A stretch of 44,579 nucleotides of DNA, from assembly GCA_964531505.1 (NCBI GenBank), contig CAZHDT010000001.1, positions 1 to 44,579 of the forward strand, written 5' to 3'. Shown one piece after another: positions 42,972 through 44,579 of the stretch; the first letter of the stretch is position 1, and every line of letters starts with the position of its first letter. The translations under genes and the position numbers were made by a program. The notes beneath the pieces are model-generated. The model worked only from the letters and a program-made list of their open reading frames with translations, was not told the DNA's origin and did no database searches. The DNA comes from an uncultured Gammaproteobacteria bacterium. GTDB taxonomy: Bacteria; Patescibacteriota; Patescibacteriia; UBA2591; UBA6264.

Positions 42972-44216
42972 TTAGATTTTAAAGTTTTGGTAAATGGGAT
43001 GCTTTAAAGCTAATCGTTTGGTAGCCGTTTTTATTTTTTTTATTATTTTTTCATTATCAAAATGATAAATTATTTCAGCTATCAACTGGCCGATAATTTC
43101 CATTTCTTTTTCTTTAAATCCGCGAGTGGTTAATGCCGGGGTTCCTAGCCGAATACCAGAGGGATTAAAGGGGGTGCGGGAATCATAAGGAATCATATTC
43201 TTATTAACATAAATGCAGGCTTTTTCCAAGGCTCTTTCTCCTTGTTTGCCAGTTATTCCGGTTTTAGTCAAATCAATCAAAATTAGATGGTTGTCAGTGC
43301 CATGAGAAATTAATTCTAATCCTTGTTTTTTTAAAGATAGCGCCAAAGCTTTGGCATTTTTAACAATTTGTTGAGCATATTTTTGAAAGTTTTTTTGAGA
43401 GGCTTCTTTTAGCGCGACAGCAATTGCCGCGGTGGTGTGGTTGTGAGGTCCGCCTTGCATGCCAGGAAAAACGCCTTTGTCAATGACTTCCGCATATTCT
43501 TTTTTACACATAATCATTGCCCCCCTTGGCCCTCGCAAAGTTTTATGAGTGGTAGTGGTGACAATGTCAATAAAAGGGAATGGCTGGGGGTGCATTTTTC
43601 CAATGATTAACCCGGCAATATGAGCGATGTCTGCCATGCTAATCGCTTTTACTTTTTTAGCGATTTCTGCAAATTTTTTAAATTTGATAATTCTAGGATA
43701 AGCAGTGGCGCCACAAAGAATTATTTTAGGTTTATGCTTCTTTGCTAATTTTTCTACTTCATTATAATCAATTAAATGATTTTTAGGGTCAACGCCATAT
43801 TGAATAAAATTAAAAATTTTACCGGATAAATTTACTTTATGTCCATGAGTTAAATGTCCGCCGTGAGCCAAATTCATACCCATAATTGTATCGCCAGGTT
43901 GTAATAAAGAAAAATATACTTCTAAATTTGCCGGCGAGCCGGAATAAGGCTGGATATTAACATGTTCAGCATGGAATAATTTTTTTGCTCTTTCAATCGC
44001 TAAAGTTTCTATCTCATCAATAAATTCGTTTCCGCCGTAATATCTTTTTCCAGGATATCCTTCAGAATATTTATTGGTTAAGGGAGACCCCATGGCTTTT
44101 AGAACCGCTTCAGAAACAAAATTTTCTGATGGAATTAGTTCCAGGCCTTGTTGTTGTCTGATAATTTCTTTTTTTAAAAATCCGGCAATTTGCGGATCTG
44201 TTTTTATTAAATTCAT
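42972..44216 (-). CDS. glyA: Serine hydroxymethyltransferase
   Basis: LELIPSENF, SEGYPGKRYYGG, VTTTTHKTLRGPRG (PLP Lys). Confidence 0.97.
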   Translation of the reverse strand: MNLIKTDPQIAGFLKKEIIRQQQGLELIPSENFVSEAVLKAMGSPLTNKYSEGYPGKRYYGGNEFIDEIETLAIERAKKLFHAEHVNIQPYSGSPANLEVYFSLLQPGDTIMGMNLAHGGHLTHGHKVNLSGKIFNFIQYGVDPKNHLIDYNEVEKLAKKHKPKIILCGATAYPRIIKFKKFAEIAKKVKAISMADIAHIAGLIIGKMHPQPFPFIDIVTTTTHKTLRGPRGAMIMCKKEYAEVIDKGVFPGMQGGPHNHTTAAIAVALKEASQKNFQKYAQQIVKNAKALALSLKKQGLELISHGTDNHLILIDLTKTGITGKQGERALEKACIYVNKNMIPYDSRTPFNPSGIRLGTPALTTRGFKEKEMEIIGQLIAEIIYHFDNEKIIKKIKTATKRLALKHPIYQNFKI

Positions 44217-44451
44217 ATTATAATTTTATCTGATTCAGAAGATTTGTCAATTTAAATGTTAATATTTGGTCGGGTGCTTGGGTAATTGGGCATTAAGGTA
44301 ATCAGGAAATTTGGTGCTCGAATACTTAAATTTAAATGTTTTGAATTATTTAGGAACTTAAAAAAGTATCAAAAAAAATGGTGTTTTGTAAAAATTTAGT
44401 GGATAAAAAATCCGCTCGGAAACGAAGATTAGGAGCGGGTTAGGGAATGGT

Positions 44452-44482
44452 AAAAGTTTGGTGGCTGAGCCACCAAACTTTT
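44452..44482 (+). terminator. Strong terminator-like hairpin with no CDS upstream on either strand
   Basis: aaaagtttggtgg-ctgag-ccaccaaactttt. 11-bp perfect core stem extended by A/T pairs. Confidence 0.5.
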
Positions 44483-44579
44483 AGCTTCGGGGTATAGGGG
44501 TTTGATCTTTTAAAAAATTGACAATTGACAAAAAAATAATTTTTTGCTATCTTTTAATTAAATTAAGTAAAAAAACTTC

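Noticed and set aside
44217-44400. ZTP (pfl) or THF riboswitch in the glyA-folD 5' region
   Set aside because: On the minus strand there is no CCGCCUGGGC-type pseudoknot element or other conserved core I can recognise. The G-rich run (gggtgcttgggtaattgggc) is on the wrong strand.
1-44579. Alternative genetic code (UGA reassigned, as in some candidate phyla)
   Set aside because: Well-conserved genes end at TGA at the expected length (the R gene at 2645-2647, the membrane protein at 15453-15455). No conserved protein is interrupted by in-frame TGA.

Overview
AT-rich (about 30% GC by eye), very compact bacterial window. It uses the standard code (TGA is a stop at 2645-2647 and 15453-15455). Few genes have a recognisable Shine-Dalgarno sequence, and many neighbouring genes overlap by 4-23 nt. 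The gene content (PduL plus AckA, a short dcw cluster, solute-binding proteins with no transporter partner, Elp3) suggests a Patescibacteria/CPR-like genome; this is inference only. Layout: (1) 1-5594 is an accessory, SOS/defence-flavoured island. It holds a hairpin-rich 570-bp non-coding stretch with a 49-codon repeat-peptide ORF, lexA, a type II R-M pair, a fragmented dinD carrying a DUF559-type nuclease module, and a MerR-HTH::GHKL-ATPase plus STAS-like (DUF4325) gene pair. That pair sits behind a perfect consensus promoter bracketed by 20-bp direct repeats. (2) 5595-9157 holds small envelope and accessory genes (pilin-like secreted protein, TspO, DUF218, a lone LivJ-like SBP, a thioredoxin-fold protein with a Cys-rich tail). 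(3) 9220-9372 is a GC-rich island that looks like a structured small RNA. (4) 9561-21494 is housekeeping (ychF, cdd, tatD, helicase-nuclease, pheST, PfkB kinase, pduL, GT2). (5) 21521-21656 has four tandem related hairpins between convergent genes. (6) 22303-30947 is a long overlapping operon (GT4, a 753-aa polytopic membrane protein, two unknowns, rmuC, a permease, ackA, a kinase-like unknown). (7) 31055-35976 is mraZ with its GTGG operator array, then rsmH, ftsL-like, ftsI, murF. (8) 36001-38374 is a divergent Elp3/Trm9-like pair. (9) The rest is trpS, tRNA-Leu(CAG), and an OppA-like SBP-secG-folD-glyA block on the minus strand. The most interesting candidates are the Elp3/Trm9 pair, the MerR-GHKL/STAS cassette, the split dinD, the sRNA candidate, and a CTGTGGATAA motif that recurs at promoters. 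All family assignments come from motif recognition by eye, not from searches.
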